DNA of 32,000 bases from Allobaculum fili (lineage in GTDB: Bacteria > Bacillota_I > Bacilli_A > Erysipelotrichales > Erysipelotrichaceae), in contig NZ_JAHDSX010000020.1 in assembly GCF_020969955.1 (NCBI RefSeq), forward strand, positions 1 through 32,000. The letters are read 5' to 3'. Every line of letters begins with the position of its first letter. The first letter of the stretch is position 1. Of the stretch, positions 1 through 8,880 are shown piece by piece. The position numbers and the translations under genes were made by a program. The notes under the pieces were generated by a model that saw only the letters and a list, made by a program, of their open reading frames with translations, did no database searches and was not told where the DNA came from.

Positions 1-22
1 AATCGGTCGAAAGCTTAATCTA
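1..22 (+). rRNA. rrl: extreme 3' end of a 23S rRNA gene (partial, window starts inside it)
   Basis: aatcggtcgaaagcttaatc resembles the conserved 23S 3' terminus (B. subtilis ...AAUCGAUCGAGGACUUAACC). A 5S gene follows about 110 nt downstream in the normal 23S-5S order. The exact 3' end cannot be fixed by eye. Confidence 0.5.
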
Positions 23-133
23 AGATTCGAGAAAGCTATACGCAAGAAGCCACTACGAAACCAACGATCGCGTTAGATCGTTATGTTGGAAGACTGATGT
101 TTGTTTTTGGAAGATCCATTCAAAAAATCTAAG

Positions 134-241
134 TATGGTGGCGATAGCCTGCAGGATACACCCGGAAACATATCGAACCCGGTCAGTTAAGCTGCAGAAC
201 GCCGACAATAGCCGCAAGGCAAAGATAGGAAGCTGCCAGAC
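134..241 (+). rRNA. rrf: 5S ribosomal RNA
   Basis: tatggtggcgatagcc...acacccgg...atcgaacccgg..agttaagc...gccga...ataggaagctgccaga aligns with the Firmicute 5S consensus (UGGUGGCGAUAGC...CCGAAC.CGG.AGUUAAGC...GUAGGA.GCCGCCA). The 5' and 3' ends pair as helix I. Confidence 0.85.
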
Positions 242-247
242 AAAATG

Positions 248-297
248 AAATCCCCGAAGGATAAAGGAGAAATCCGATATCTTTCGGGGATTTTTCT
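248..297 (+). terminator. rho-independent terminator of the rRNA operon
   Basis: The 11-bp arms aaatccccgaa (248-258) and ttcggggattt (283-293) run into a T tract at 291-296. Confidence 0.7.
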
Positions 298-350
298 GTG
301 CGTTGGAAACCGAATGGAATCGGCGGACCAAAGCGGCTTTGAAAAAGAAA

Positions 351-749
351 CTAATCTTCTTCAAGAATGTGGGTGAGGGCCACTTTCACAACGGAATGGA
401 TATGTTCGTCATCCAGGAAGTAGTACACAGCTTTTCCGTCTTTCCGGCTGCGGATCAGTTTGGCGGCTTTAAGCGCCTTGAGCTGATGGGAAACCGCGGA
501 ACGGGACATGCCGATCACATTGCACAGATCCGACACGCACAGTTCTTTCTTTTCCAGCGCAATCAGAATTTTCAGCCGGGTCTGATCGCCCATGACTTTA
601 TAAAAATCCGCCAGCCGTTCCAGAATTTCCGGACAGGGAAGCGATTCAATGGCGTTTTCTACGGCTGCCTGATCCAGGCTTTCGTACAGAGGTTCATGCG
701 TATTCATGCCTGTATCATACCGCATGATCCGTTTTTTACGCGAAATCAT
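351..749 (-). CDS. ArsR/SmtB-family metal-sensing transcriptional repressor (CadC/CzrA-like)
   Basis: Winged-HTH signature DQTRLKILIAL...ELCVSDLCNVIGMSRSAVSHQLKALKAAKLIRSRKDGKAVYY. The gene is divergent from a heavy-metal ATPase operon. The start is ambiguous (ATG at 749, 725 or 707). Confidence 0.9.
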   Translation of the reverse strand: MISRKKRIMRYDTGMNTHEPLYESLDQAAVENAIESLPCPEILERLADFYKVMGDQTRLKILIALEKKELCVSDLCNVIGMSRSAVSHQLKALKAAKLIRSRKDGKAVYYFLDDEHIHSVVKVALTHILEED

Positions 750-808
750 TCTCTAGAGCCCGCCCCAGAAGGCCATTCAAATCCGTTCAGAAAATGGGGA
801 TGTTTCTG

Positions 809-836
809 TTGCAAACCCATGCAGAGTCGATATAAT
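809..836 (+). promoter_or_regulatory. sigma-A type promoter of the HMA/ATPase operon
   Basis: TTGCAA (809-814), a 16-nt spacer, then TATAAT (831-836). Confidence 0.55.
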
Positions 837-848
837 AGAAACGTAAAT

Positions 849-868
849 AGTTGAACAATCGTTCAACT
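849..868. promoter_or_regulatory. putative ArsR/SmtB operator (perfect 8-4-8 palindrome)
   Basis: agttgaac-aatc-gttcaact lies just downstream of the -10 box. This is the classic position and 12-2-12-like geometry for CadC/CzrA-type operators. Confidence 0.55.
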
Positions 869-902
869 AATAAGTGATTCAATGTATCCCAGAAACAGGA
901 AG

Positions 903-936
903 AAAACATAGTCATAAAAAAAACATAGTCATAAAA
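903..936. repeat. perfect 17-bp tandem duplication (aaaacatagtcataaaa x2) in the cad leader
   Basis: Copies at 903-919 and 920-936 are identical. They abut the RBS aaggag of the HMA gene. Confidence 0.9.
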
Positions 937-946
937 GGAGAACGTT

Positions 947-1162
947 ATGAAGAAAACATACAAAATCGAAGTGGACTGTCCCACTTGTGCTTCGAAACTG
1001 CAGAGCTGTGCAGAACAGACGGAAGGAGTTGAAAAGTGCTCGGTCAATCTGATGACGCAGAAACTCGTCATTGAAGCCCCGGCCGAATCACAGAAAGCCA
1101 TCATTGAATCCATCGCGAAGCGCATGGCGTATATCGATGATGACGTTGTGATCTACAGATAG
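947..1162 (+). CDS. stand-alone heavy-metal-associated (HMA) domain protein
   Basis: 71 aa with a ferredoxin-like HMA pattern and a CxxC metal site (VDCPTCASK). RBS aaaaggag. The stop lies 2 nt before the ATPase start. Confidence 0.8.
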   Translation: MKKTYKIEVDCPTCASKLQSCAEQTEGVEKCSVNLMTQKLVIEAPAESQKAIIESIAKRMAYIDDDVVIYR

Positions 1163-1164
1163 CT

Positions 1165-3054
1165 ATGACAAAGAAACAAAAGAAAAATCTCAGGAAAATC
1201 CTGATCAGCGCGGCGGCCTATGCAGCGCTTGCGCTTTCTTCAATCTGGATTCAATGGCCAGCCCTTCTTCAGGCGCTTCTCTATCTGGCCATCTATCTTT
1301 ACATTTCCTGGGGTGTTCTCAAGAAAACACTCAAGAACATTAAAAACAAGGACTTCATGGATGAAAACTTCCTGATGACCTTAGCCAGCCTGGGTGCCTT
1401 CGCTCTTGGCGAATACTCTGAAGCCGTAGCGGTTATGCTGTTTTATCAGGTCGGCGAATGGTTCCAGTCCTACGCGCTGGAGCGCTCGCGCAAGAACATT
1501 TCCGCACTGATGGATATCCGTCCGGAATATGCCAACCTGGTCGAAGAAGACGGCTCCGTGAAGGAAGTCGATCCGGATGAAGTCAAAGTCGGTCAGACGA
1601 TTGTCATTAAACCGGGTGAACGCATTCCTCTGGACGGTACGGTTCTTACCGGTACCGGTTCAATCGATACGTCCGCGCTGACCGGCGAGAGCGTTCCGAA
1701 AACGGTTCGTCCTGGCGACGAAGTCATTTCCGGATGCATCAACCAGAACGGACTGCTCCATGTCAAAGTCAGCCGGGAATTCTCGAACTCGACGGTTTCC
1801 CGCATTCTCGATCTGGTTGAAAACGCGACCGACAAGAAGAGCCGTTCCGAACAGTTCATCACCAAATTTGCCCGTGTCTACACGCCAATTGTTGTATGCA
1901 GTGCCATCGCTCTGGCGATTATCCCTTCGCTGATCACAGGACAATGGGCAACCTGGGTTTACCGCGCACTGGAATTCCTCGTTATTTCGTGCCCGTGTGC
2001 TCTGGTTATTTCCGTACCTCTGGCTTTCTTTGGCGGAATTGGCGGCGCTTCCCGCTGCGGCATTCTCGTTAAGGGAAGTACATATCTGCAGGATCTGGCC
2101 GATGTCAAAACCATTGTTTTCGATAAGACCGGAACGCTGACTAAAGGTACGTTTGAAGTCACATCGATTACCCCGGTATCCATACCGCGCGAAGAGCTTT
2201 TACAACTCTGCGCGAAAGCGGAATCGTATTCGACGCACCCGATTGCCTTAAGCATTGAGCGTGCGGCCAGACTGGAAAACCCGAAAGAGGGCGTTTCCAA
2301 TGTCGAAGAAGTCGCCGGTAAAGGCATCATTGCTCAGATCGATGGAAAATCGGTTGCCGTCGGCAATGAAAAGCTGATGCTTTCATTAGGCATTCCGGCC
2401 GATGACCTGCCGAAAGGATCTGGCTTTGGAACTGTGGTTTACACCGCCTGCGATCAGAAACTTGCCGGAGTGATTGAAGTTGCTGACGAGCCCAAAGAAG
2501 AAGCCAGAACCGTTACCGATCTGCTTCGCAAATATGGCGTAAAACGATTCGTCATGCTTACCGGTGATGCCAAAGGTGTCGCCGAAGCGGTAGCCACACA
2601 GGCTGGCATTGACGAAGTACACGCCCAGCTTCTGCCGGAGCAGAAAGTCGAATGGCTGGAAAAGATTCTTCAGAACAAGGAAGGCATTACCGCCTATGTC
2701 GGCGACGGCATTAACGACGCGCCGGTACTGGGCATGGCCGATGTCGGTATTGCAATGGGCGGCCTGGGCAGCGATGCGGCCATTGAAGCCGCGGACGTTG
2801 TTCTGATGGACGATCAGCTCGATTCGCTGATTACCGCCATTCGTATTTCCCGCAACACCCTGAAGATTGCCCGCGAGAACATCATTTTCGCGATCTTCGT
2901 TAAAATTCTGATGCTCGTGCTTGGCGCACTGGGTATCGTCAACATGTGGGGCGCTGTATTCGCCGATGTCGGTGTTTCCGTTCTCTGCATTCTCAATTCC
3001 ATGCGTGCCCTGCGTACGCGCAAATACCGTCTCAATACGCCGGAGCTGAAATAA
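1165..3054 (+). CDS. cadA: heavy-metal (Cd2+/Zn2+-type) translocating P1B-type ATPase, lacking its own N-terminal HMA domain
   Basis: Motifs present: TGES (SALTGESVP), CPC in the TM helix (SCPCALVISVP), DKTGTLT phosphorylation site, HP (STHPIA), MLTGD and GDGINDAP. Confidence 0.95.
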   Translation: MTKKQKKNLRKILISAAAYAALALSSIWIQWPALLQALLYLAIYLYISWGVLKKTLKNIKNKDFMDENFLMTLASLGAFALGEYSEAVAVMLFYQVGEWFQSYALERSRKNISALMDIRPEYANLVEEDGSVKEVDPDEVKVGQTIVIKPGERIPLDGTVLTGTGSIDTSALTGESVPKTVRPGDEVISGCINQNGLLHVKVSREFSNSTVSRILDLVENATDKKSRSEQFITKFARVYTPIVVCSAIALAIIPSLITGQWATWVYRALEFLVISCPCALVISVPLAFFGGIGGASRCGILVKGSTYLQDLADVKTIVFDKTGTLTKGTFEVTSITPVSIPREELLQLCAKAESYSTHPIALSIERAARLENPKEGVSNVEEVAGKGIIAQIDGKSVAVGNEKLMLSLGIPADDLPKGSGFGTVVYTACDQKLAGVIEVADEPKEEARTVTDLLRKYGVKRFVMLTGDAKGVAEAVATQAGIDEVHAQLLPEQKVEWLEKILQNKEGITAYVGDGINDAPVLGMADVGIAMGGLGSDAAIEAADVVLMDDQLDSLITAIRISRNTLKIARENIIFAIFVKILMLVLGALGIVNMWGAVFADVGVSVLCILNSMRALRTRKYRLNTPELK

Positions 3055-3071
3055 TCAGCCCCGGCTTTTTT
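3039..3071 (+). terminator. rho-independent terminator after the ATPase gene
   Basis: gccggagctga / tcagccccggc stem (one mismatch), aataa loop, then tttttt. It overlaps the stop codon. Confidence 0.6.
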
Positions 3072-3148
3072 GAAGGAAAGAGCGGACGCGGGCACCATTC
3101 GATCGCAATCGCGTGGTTTTTCCTATCATAGAAGAAGGAGGGATCCAT

Positions 3149-3571
3149 ATGAAAGAACATGAAAACAAGCTGGAGATCGCCGAACTGATCGGTGAGGTTT
3201 CCAGAAATCTGGACAAAAAGGATCTGAATAAAGTCCTTGAAGCCTTTTCTGCCGACGCAGAATTCACGATTGAAGAAGATGGAAAGGCTGCGGTCGATTT
3301 AACCGGAAGAGAAGCTATCCGCGAACACATTGCCAGCCATATGGAAAAGTATGATCTGATTTTCCATAACAGCGGCTCCACAGTTGTGGATCTGATTCAT
3401 CTCGATCAGAGTGCGACAGCGGCTACCAGCTGCATCGTGAAAACCCGCACGAACGATCCAATCGTCACCACCGATGAATATGTGTACTATCTTGACTCGC
3501 TGGTAAAAGTCAACGGTTTCTGGTACATCGTAAAACGTACGATTCAGATCGAATCCAAATCGGTACGCTAA
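3149..3571 (+). CDS. SnoaL-like / NTF2-fold family protein
   Basis: About 140 aa with the typical SnoaL_4 N-terminus (LEIAELIGEVSRNLDKKDLNKVLEAFSADAEF) and C-terminal GFWYIVKR. Strong RBS gaaggaggg sits 6 nt before the ATG at 3149. The track ORF starts at 3113. Confidence 0.7.
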   Translation: MKEHENKLEIAELIGEVSRNLDKKDLNKVLEAFSADAEFTIEEDGKAAVDLTGREAIREHIASHMEKYDLIFHNSGSTVVDLIHLDQSATAATSCIVKTRTNDPIVTTDEYVYYLDSLVKVNGFWYIVKRTIQIESKSVR

Positions 3572-3579
3572 GCATGCAG

Positions 3580-3610
3580 AATCCGGGACTTTCCCGGATT
3601 TTTCATTTTC
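3580..3610 (+). terminator. rho-independent terminator
   Basis: aatccggg / cccggatt stem followed by tttcatttt. Confidence 0.7.
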
Positions 3611-3697
3611 TGCCGGATCAGGCCTGAGGGCGAACAGGGCGTCATTTGGCAGGACAAAATTAAACGATCCAGTTTTGAGACTGGATAGGAGATCCAT

Positions 3698-4933
3698 ATG
3701 AAACGCTCTACTATTGCTTCGCCAGATGGCGCCCTGGCCTTTTTCTTTGCGATTTTCGCCTTGCTGATCTGGTACGTCTCGGTATTTCCGTCGATTGACA
3801 ACCTGACGCTCTTTTCCTTGAGCATGGTCTGGCTGCTGCTTTCGGCGGGTACGCTGATTGCTTCTTTAATTAACATGGTCCGCGGTTTTTCGCGCGGCAA
3901 TACCAACCTTCTCGCAACCATTCTTCTCGGATTTATTCCCGGTGTGGATACGCTGGTTGCCTTAGGCATGCGCGTAATCGGCGCCCCGTATCATCCGGTC
4001 CTCTATGGGGTCATGTATATGATTGGTGCTATCTTAACGATCAGCGCTGCCTGGCGGAGAAGAATGCAGCCTGGCTATATTTTTCTGCGGACACTGATTG
4101 TCGGCCTCGGTCTGCTCTGCCTGGGCATCGGTGATACGTTCGAACTCCATGGCGTTCTCGTCCTTGGCGGCTGGCTGATGTTTGTCTTTGCGATGCTCAG
4201 TTTTTACTATGGTCTGTCCAGACTGTACGAAGAGTTTGGCTTTCCGCTGCCGGAAGGCAAATCCTTCTTTAAGGAAAGCGAGAAGACAGCCGGTCTGCCG
4301 TCCTATCCGAAATCCAAAGCGGATAAGACGAGTAAAGAACCGCTTCATCCGCGTCAGGAACGCCTGAGCAGCCCGGATATGATTGTCGCCTTTATTTGCG
4401 CGACGTTTGGCAGCCTGAGCTTTGCCATTCCGTTTTTCGGTCTGGGCGATGATTCGGTGATGTCTGCCGGTATTATTCGTATCGTTCTTGGCATTATCTT
4501 TTACTGCAGTGCCCTGATCAATATGTTTAAAGGTTCGCCTTACGGTTCGCTTAATCTGATTTTCGCGGTCTGCTTTGGTCTGTTTGCAGGATCTACGCTC
4601 TCGCTCCAGTCTTTGCATGACGTGATTTCCTTTTCGATTCAGCCGACGTTTTTCGGGGTGGTTCAGCTGTTTGCGGGTCTGTATCTGGTCGCGATCATTC
4701 CGGCCACGCGAAAGGCACCGGCGTATCGTTCGCTGGCCATGTTCTGCTCGGGCATGGGCTTTGTAACAGGCGGAATCGACTTGCTGACAAAAATTCCGTA
4801 CATGAACAAAGCCAGCGGCCTCTTCTTCCTCGTCTTCTGCCTGCTCAATATTTATGCAGGCATGTCGGCTCTGCTTCCCAGTCTTCGTCAGGGTCCGACC
4901 ATCGATCAGCTGCTTAAAAAAGAAAAAGCCTGA
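3698..4933 (+). CDS. polytopic membrane protein, internally duplicated (2 x ~6 TM), function unknown
   Basis: RBS aggag is 6 nt upstream. The 411-aa protein has hydrophobic helices throughout. The two halves are joined by a hydrophilic linker (EGKSFFKESEKTAGLPSYPKSKADKTSKEPLHPRQERL). See findings. Confidence 0.8.
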   Translation: MKRSTIASPDGALAFFFAIFALLIWYVSVFPSIDNLTLFSLSMVWLLLSAGTLIASLINMVRGFSRGNTNLLATILLGFIPGVDTLVALGMRVIGAPYHPVLYGVMYMIGAILTISAAWRRRMQPGYIFLRTLIVGLGLLCLGIGDTFELHGVLVLGGWLMFVFAMLSFYYGLSRLYEEFGFPLPEGKSFFKESEKTAGLPSYPKSKADKTSKEPLHPRQERLSSPDMIVAFICATFGSLSFAIPFFGLGDDSVMSAGIIRIVLGIIFYCSALINMFKGSPYGSLNLIFAVCFGLFAGSTLSLQSLHDVISFSIQPTFFGVVQLFAGLYLVAIIPATRKAPAYRSLAMFCSGMGFVTGGIDLLTKIPYMNKASGLFFLVFCLLNIYAGMSALLPSLRQGPTIDQLLKKEKA

Positions 4934-4984
4934 GTCGTGACTCGAAGCATCCAGATATCGGAGCATTCAGATAGTTGAACATAC

Positions 4985-5049
4985 AAAAACAGTCCTCTTT
5001 GCGGGTACGCGATCAAACGCTTCCTGCAATCGAGGACTGTTTTTTTTTG
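4985..5049. terminator. bidirectional terminator between the membrane protein gene (+) and tex (-)
   Basis: aaaaacagtcctc (4985-4997) pairs with gaggactgttttt (5032-5045). It is flanked by an A run and a T run. Confidence 0.6.
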
Positions 5050-5092
5050 ATGTTATTTTGGCTTATTTTCGTTTTGCCTGCCTTTGTTTCGT

Positions 5093-7261
5093 CTATCGAC
5101 GTTTTGGCAGTCTGCGATTTTTGCGATCGGCGGAACGATTCGAAGCTTCCGGTGCCGTTTGACTGCGCATGGTCAGTGCAATCCGTTTGCGCTTGGGATC
5201 GACTTCAAGAATGCGGGTGCGTACGACCTGACCGACATGAACGATCTCATTGGGATCTTTGACAAAGCGGTCTGCCAGCTGGGAAATATGGACCAGACCG
5301 TCTTCATGAACTCCAATGTCGACGAACGCGCCGAAGCTTGTGACGTTGCGGACGGTGCCTTCCATTTCCATTCCCGGCTGCAAATCTTCCAGATGCAAAA
5401 TGCCTTTCTTCAGAATCGGGCCATCGAGCGCGTCACGCGGGTCGAGTCCGGGGGAGGCGAGTTCGCTTAAAATGTCGCTTACCGTATACGGATCGCTGCC
5501 CAGTTCCTGAGACAGACGCTGCGCATTCAGGGATTTGAGCGTTCTGGAAAACCCATCGCTGTGCATGTCGTTTAAAGACAGATTCGTTTTTTCCAGAATC
5601 CGGGCGGCTAACGGATAGCTTTCGGGATGAATGCCGGTGTTATCAAGCGGGTTCGATCCGGAGTGAATGCGCAAAAAGCCGATGCTCTGCTCATAAATCG
5701 TATCGGAAAGCAGACTCGCCAGTTCCGTACGGTCTGTAAACGGACGGTTTTCTCTGGCTTTCAGGATTTTGCTGATCTGCGGCTTTTTCAGACCGGCGAT
5801 ATGGCGAAGCAGGCTGACGGAAGCCGTGTTGACGTTGACACCGACGCGGTTAACGACTTTATCGGTTACAAAGTCGAGCGTTTCGCGCAGCTGCTTCTGG
5901 GACACATCGTGCTGGTATTCGCCAATGCCCAGAGACTGGGGATCGATTTTCACGAGTTCGGAAAGCGGATCCTGTATGCGACGCCCGATGGAAATGGCGG
6001 AACGCTCTTCGACGGGCAGATCCGGGAATTCTTCCTTGGCCAGCGGGGAAGCGGAGTAAACCGAAGCGCCGGCTTCGTTTCCGATCACATAGGAAACTTC
6101 CGGGAATTCGGGAAGAATCGAAGAAATCAGTTCGATCGATTCCTGACTGGCAGTACCGTTGCCGATGACGATCAGCGTGGGATGGAAGCGGCGCAGCAGT
6201 TCCTTCGTTTTTGCGACGGCTTCCTGATAAAAGCGGGCTTCCGGAGCCACTTTGGATCCGTGCTTGAACGGATAGACGACGCACGTATGGAGCAGGCTGC
6301 CTTCTTTGGAAAGAACGGCCAGCTTGCATCCGTTCAGGTAGCCTGGATCCCATGAGAGAATGACCTGTCCTTTTAACGGTCTAGCCATGAGCAGGTGTTC
6401 GAGATTGGATGCAAAGCCCTGAATGGCTTTTTTGTGTGCGTTTTCGCGCAGCTCACTGCGGATTTCGCGTTTGACGGAAGGCAGAATGAGACGGATGAGC
6501 GCGTCATGAATGACGGCCATCATCCAGTCGCTGACCGGCTTGCGGCCAAAAAGGATCTGCCGGATCCGGCGTTCGATGTCTTCGTTGTCGCTGGTAATGG
6601 ATACGGTGATGACTTTTTCCTTTTCCGCCCGGTCCATAGCGAGGACGCGATGGTGCGGAATGGTTTTGATCGGATTGGTGAAGTCGTAGAACATTTCATA
6701 AATGCCCTGCGGATCTTCGGCATCTTTTTTCAGCGTGCTCGTCAGGGATTCTTTTTCAAGAAGCTCCTTGCGAACGGCCTGACGGACGGCAGGGGTGTTG
6801 GCAATGCGTTCGGCGAGAATGTAGCCGGCCTGTTCGAGGGTATCGTCATCAAGCGTATCCGGACGGGTTTTGAGTTCGAACAGAGAATCCGCAATCGGAC
6901 CAAACCCGGCTTCGATCGCGGCGGATGCTTTGGTTTTGCGCTTTTCCTTGTAGGGACGATAAATTTCTTCCAGCTCCGCCTGAGTTGCAGCATCGAGAAC
7001 GGCTTTTTTCAAATCGTCGTTCAGAACGCTTTTTTCCTGAAGCGCGGCCAGAACGGTTTCCTTTCGCTCCTGCAGAGCGGTCTGGTATTTCCAGGTCTGT
7101 TCAATGTTTCGCAGCTGGTCCTCATCGAGAGAACCGGTCTGCTCCTTGCGATAGCGGGCGATAAAAGGAATGGTGGCTCCTTCTTCGAGCAGATCGTGTG
7201 CAGCCTGAACCTGACGCTCAGGCAGGCCGAGAAGTTCGGCGGTACGTTTTAAGATATCCAT
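5093..7261 (-). CDS. tex: Tex-like transcription accessory protein (YqgF/HHH/S1 domains)
   Basis: N-terminal Tex signature ATIPFIARYRKEQTGSLDE, a central YqgF-like region, and a C-terminal S1 domain (GTVRNVTSFGAFVDIGVHEDGLVHISQL). 722 aa. Confidence 0.95.
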   Translation of the reverse strand: MDILKRTAELLGLPERQVQAAHDLLEEGATIPFIARYRKEQTGSLDEDQLRNIEQTWKYQTALQERKETVLAALQEKSVLNDDLKKAVLDAATQAELEEIYRPYKEKRKTKASAAIEAGFGPIADSLFELKTRPDTLDDDTLEQAGYILAERIANTPAVRQAVRKELLEKESLTSTLKKDAEDPQGIYEMFYDFTNPIKTIPHHRVLAMDRAEKEKVITVSITSDNEDIERRIRQILFGRKPVSDWMMAVIHDALIRLILPSVKREIRSELRENAHKKAIQGFASNLEHLLMARPLKGQVILSWDPGYLNGCKLAVLSKEGSLLHTCVVYPFKHGSKVAPEARFYQEAVAKTKELLRRFHPTLIVIGNGTASQESIELISSILPEFPEVSYVIGNEAGASVYSASPLAKEEFPDLPVEERSAISIGRRIQDPLSELVKIDPQSLGIGEYQHDVSQKQLRETLDFVTDKVVNRVGVNVNTASVSLLRHIAGLKKPQISKILKARENRPFTDRTELASLLSDTIYEQSIGFLRIHSGSNPLDNTGIHPESYPLAARILEKTNLSLNDMHSDGFSRTLKSLNAQRLSQELGSDPYTVSDILSELASPGLDPRDALDGPILKKGILHLEDLQPGMEMEGTVRNVTSFGAFVDIGVHEDGLVHISQLADRFVKDPNEIVHVGQVVRTRILEVDPKRKRIALTMRSQTAPEASNRSADRKNRRLPKRR

Positions 7262-7470
7262 TTTTTCAGGATATCATCCAGAAGAGAGAATGCAATCGGA
7301 TCGATGACAGATGCAGGATCGAGGCCGAATCGAAGCTGAATTGAAGCCCAGTCAAAGGGCAGTTCACAAGAAACTCGAAGCGGATAAAAGCGTTCCAAAA
7401 GCGTCTGGATGCGCCGCATAGAGCCGACGAAAAAGCCAACGGATCTGGACGAATATATATATTGTAGAGA

Positions 7471-8328
7471 ATGAGGATTTCCAATTACGAATTGGCGAAA
7501 AAGAAAGGAAGAAAGGCCATGAAAGCTCATGCAGAAAAAGAACAAGGACACGAGCCAATGTGCGGTCATGTATACGAGCAAGTATACGAACAGGCACACG
7601 ATCCCGTACAAGAGCTGGATGAAACGAGAGAAAGGCTGCCCATTCGTACGCAGATCGAAGCGTACGCCAATCCCAGACGGGCCGCCTTTTCCGCTTCGCT
7701 GACGCCGACGATCGATTCGTCCCGCGTTCTTGGCGTTCGGGTCGGGGACCTGGATGCGATTAAAAAGAAAATGACCCCGGTGCAAAAGACAGCATTTCTT
7801 CAGGAAAAGCCGCATCTCTATTACGAAGAAGATCTTTTGCACGTTCGTCTTCTCAATGAACTTCGAGATCCACAGGAAGCCAGAAGCGCCGCAGAAGATT
7901 TTCTGTGTGCCTGCACATCCTGGGCGATTACGGACGGACTGAGCTTTCGGTATTTAAGCGATGAAGATCTGCTGAGCATGGCCAGCGATTTTCTCCAAAA
8001 CGAAAACGAATACGCTGTGCGCCTTGGTCTCCTCTGGATTTTAAAGCGGGCCCCAAAACGGCCGGATGCCAGACAATGGGTCGATCTGGCTTTGCAGGCG
8101 AAAGGGCAAAACGACACGAAACAGCTGATCGACATAAAGGGCTGGATGCTTTGTGAAGTGATGATTTACAAGCCGGATCTGGCCTGGTCCATTCTGGAGG
8201 ATCCAGCGATTTCTCGGGATGTTCGTTTGCGGGCGATCGCCAAGTGCGTGGAAAGCCTGCGCATTTCCAATGACGACAAGGAGAAGCTTCGTGCCCTGCG
8301 AAAGAAACTGAAAGAAGCAAAGCGCTAA
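7471..8328 (+). CDS. DNA alkylation repair enzyme family protein (AlkD-like HEAT repeats)
   Basis: Pattern ...NPRRAAFSASLTPTIDSSRVLGVRVGDLDAIKKKM... is typical of PF08713-type proteins. The start is uncertain (ATG at 7471, 7519 or 7558). Confidence 0.7.
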   Translation: MRISNYELAKKKGRKAMKAHAEKEQGHEPMCGHVYEQVYEQAHDPVQELDETRERLPIRTQIEAYANPRRAAFSASLTPTIDSSRVLGVRVGDLDAIKKKMTPVQKTAFLQEKPHLYYEEDLLHVRLLNELRDPQEARSAAEDFLCACTSWAITDGLSFRYLSDEDLLSMASDFLQNENEYAVRLGLLWILKRAPKRPDARQWVDLALQAKGQNDTKQLIDIKGWMLCEVMIYKPDLAWSILEDPAISRDVRLRAIAKCVESLRISNDDKEKLRALRKKLKEAKR

Positions 8329-8475
8329 ACGATTTCTGCCAAATTCACCCCATCCCAAAGGGCCTCGTTTACGGCCGGTAAAATGCAGGTAAAGAAAGAA
8401 AGCGGTTCGATCCTTCCTCAAAGGTCGATCGAAAGCCGGTTTCTTTTCGAAAAGAGAAGGATGAGGTGTACAACT

Positions 8476-8751
8476 ATGAAAAACAAATCTTCTTTGCTTA
8501 CGGGTACCATCGAAAAATCCGGAAAGAAAATCGCTCTGCTCGAAGCCGGCATCGCTGCGCTGGCTGTAGTCTTCGGCTTTTCGATCCTGGTTCTGATCGC
8601 CCATGTGCAGTCGGCGATCGAAATCCTGCTCTTTCCAGACGGCTTGACGATGCCAGGTTTTCCGGCGGAATGGCTGTTTGCGGCAGCGGCAACGCTGGCG
8701 GCAGTCCTCTGTGCGGTTCCTGTTCTGACCCGCCGCTTTCGCCGCCGATAA
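8476..8751 (+). CDS. small two-TM membrane protein, unknown function
   Basis: MKNKSSLLTGTIEKSGKK followed by two hydrophobic helices and an RRFRRR tail. SD-like ggatgaggtg sits 7 nt before the ATG at 8476. The track ORF starts at 8383. Confidence 0.35.
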   Translation: MKNKSSLLTGTIEKSGKKIALLEAGIAALAVVFGFSILVLIAHVQSAIEILLFPDGLTMPGFPAEWLFAAAATLAAVLCAVPVLTRRFRRR

Positions 8752-8844
8752 GGTGCATTCAGACCGGCAAAGTAGAAGCCGCTTTCTATCTTTTGCCGGT
8801 TCGCACAAAAGCTCTGGGAAAGTCTGCATGGTGCGGGCATCGTT

Positions 8845-8874
8845 TTGACAGAAGTTCACAGAGCGCCTTATAAT
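8845..8874 (+). promoter_or_regulatory. near-consensus sigma-A promoter for the thrS leader
   Basis: TTGACA (8845-8850), an 18-nt spacer, then TATAAT (8869-8874). Confidence 0.6.
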
Positions 8875-8880
8875 CAGGGC

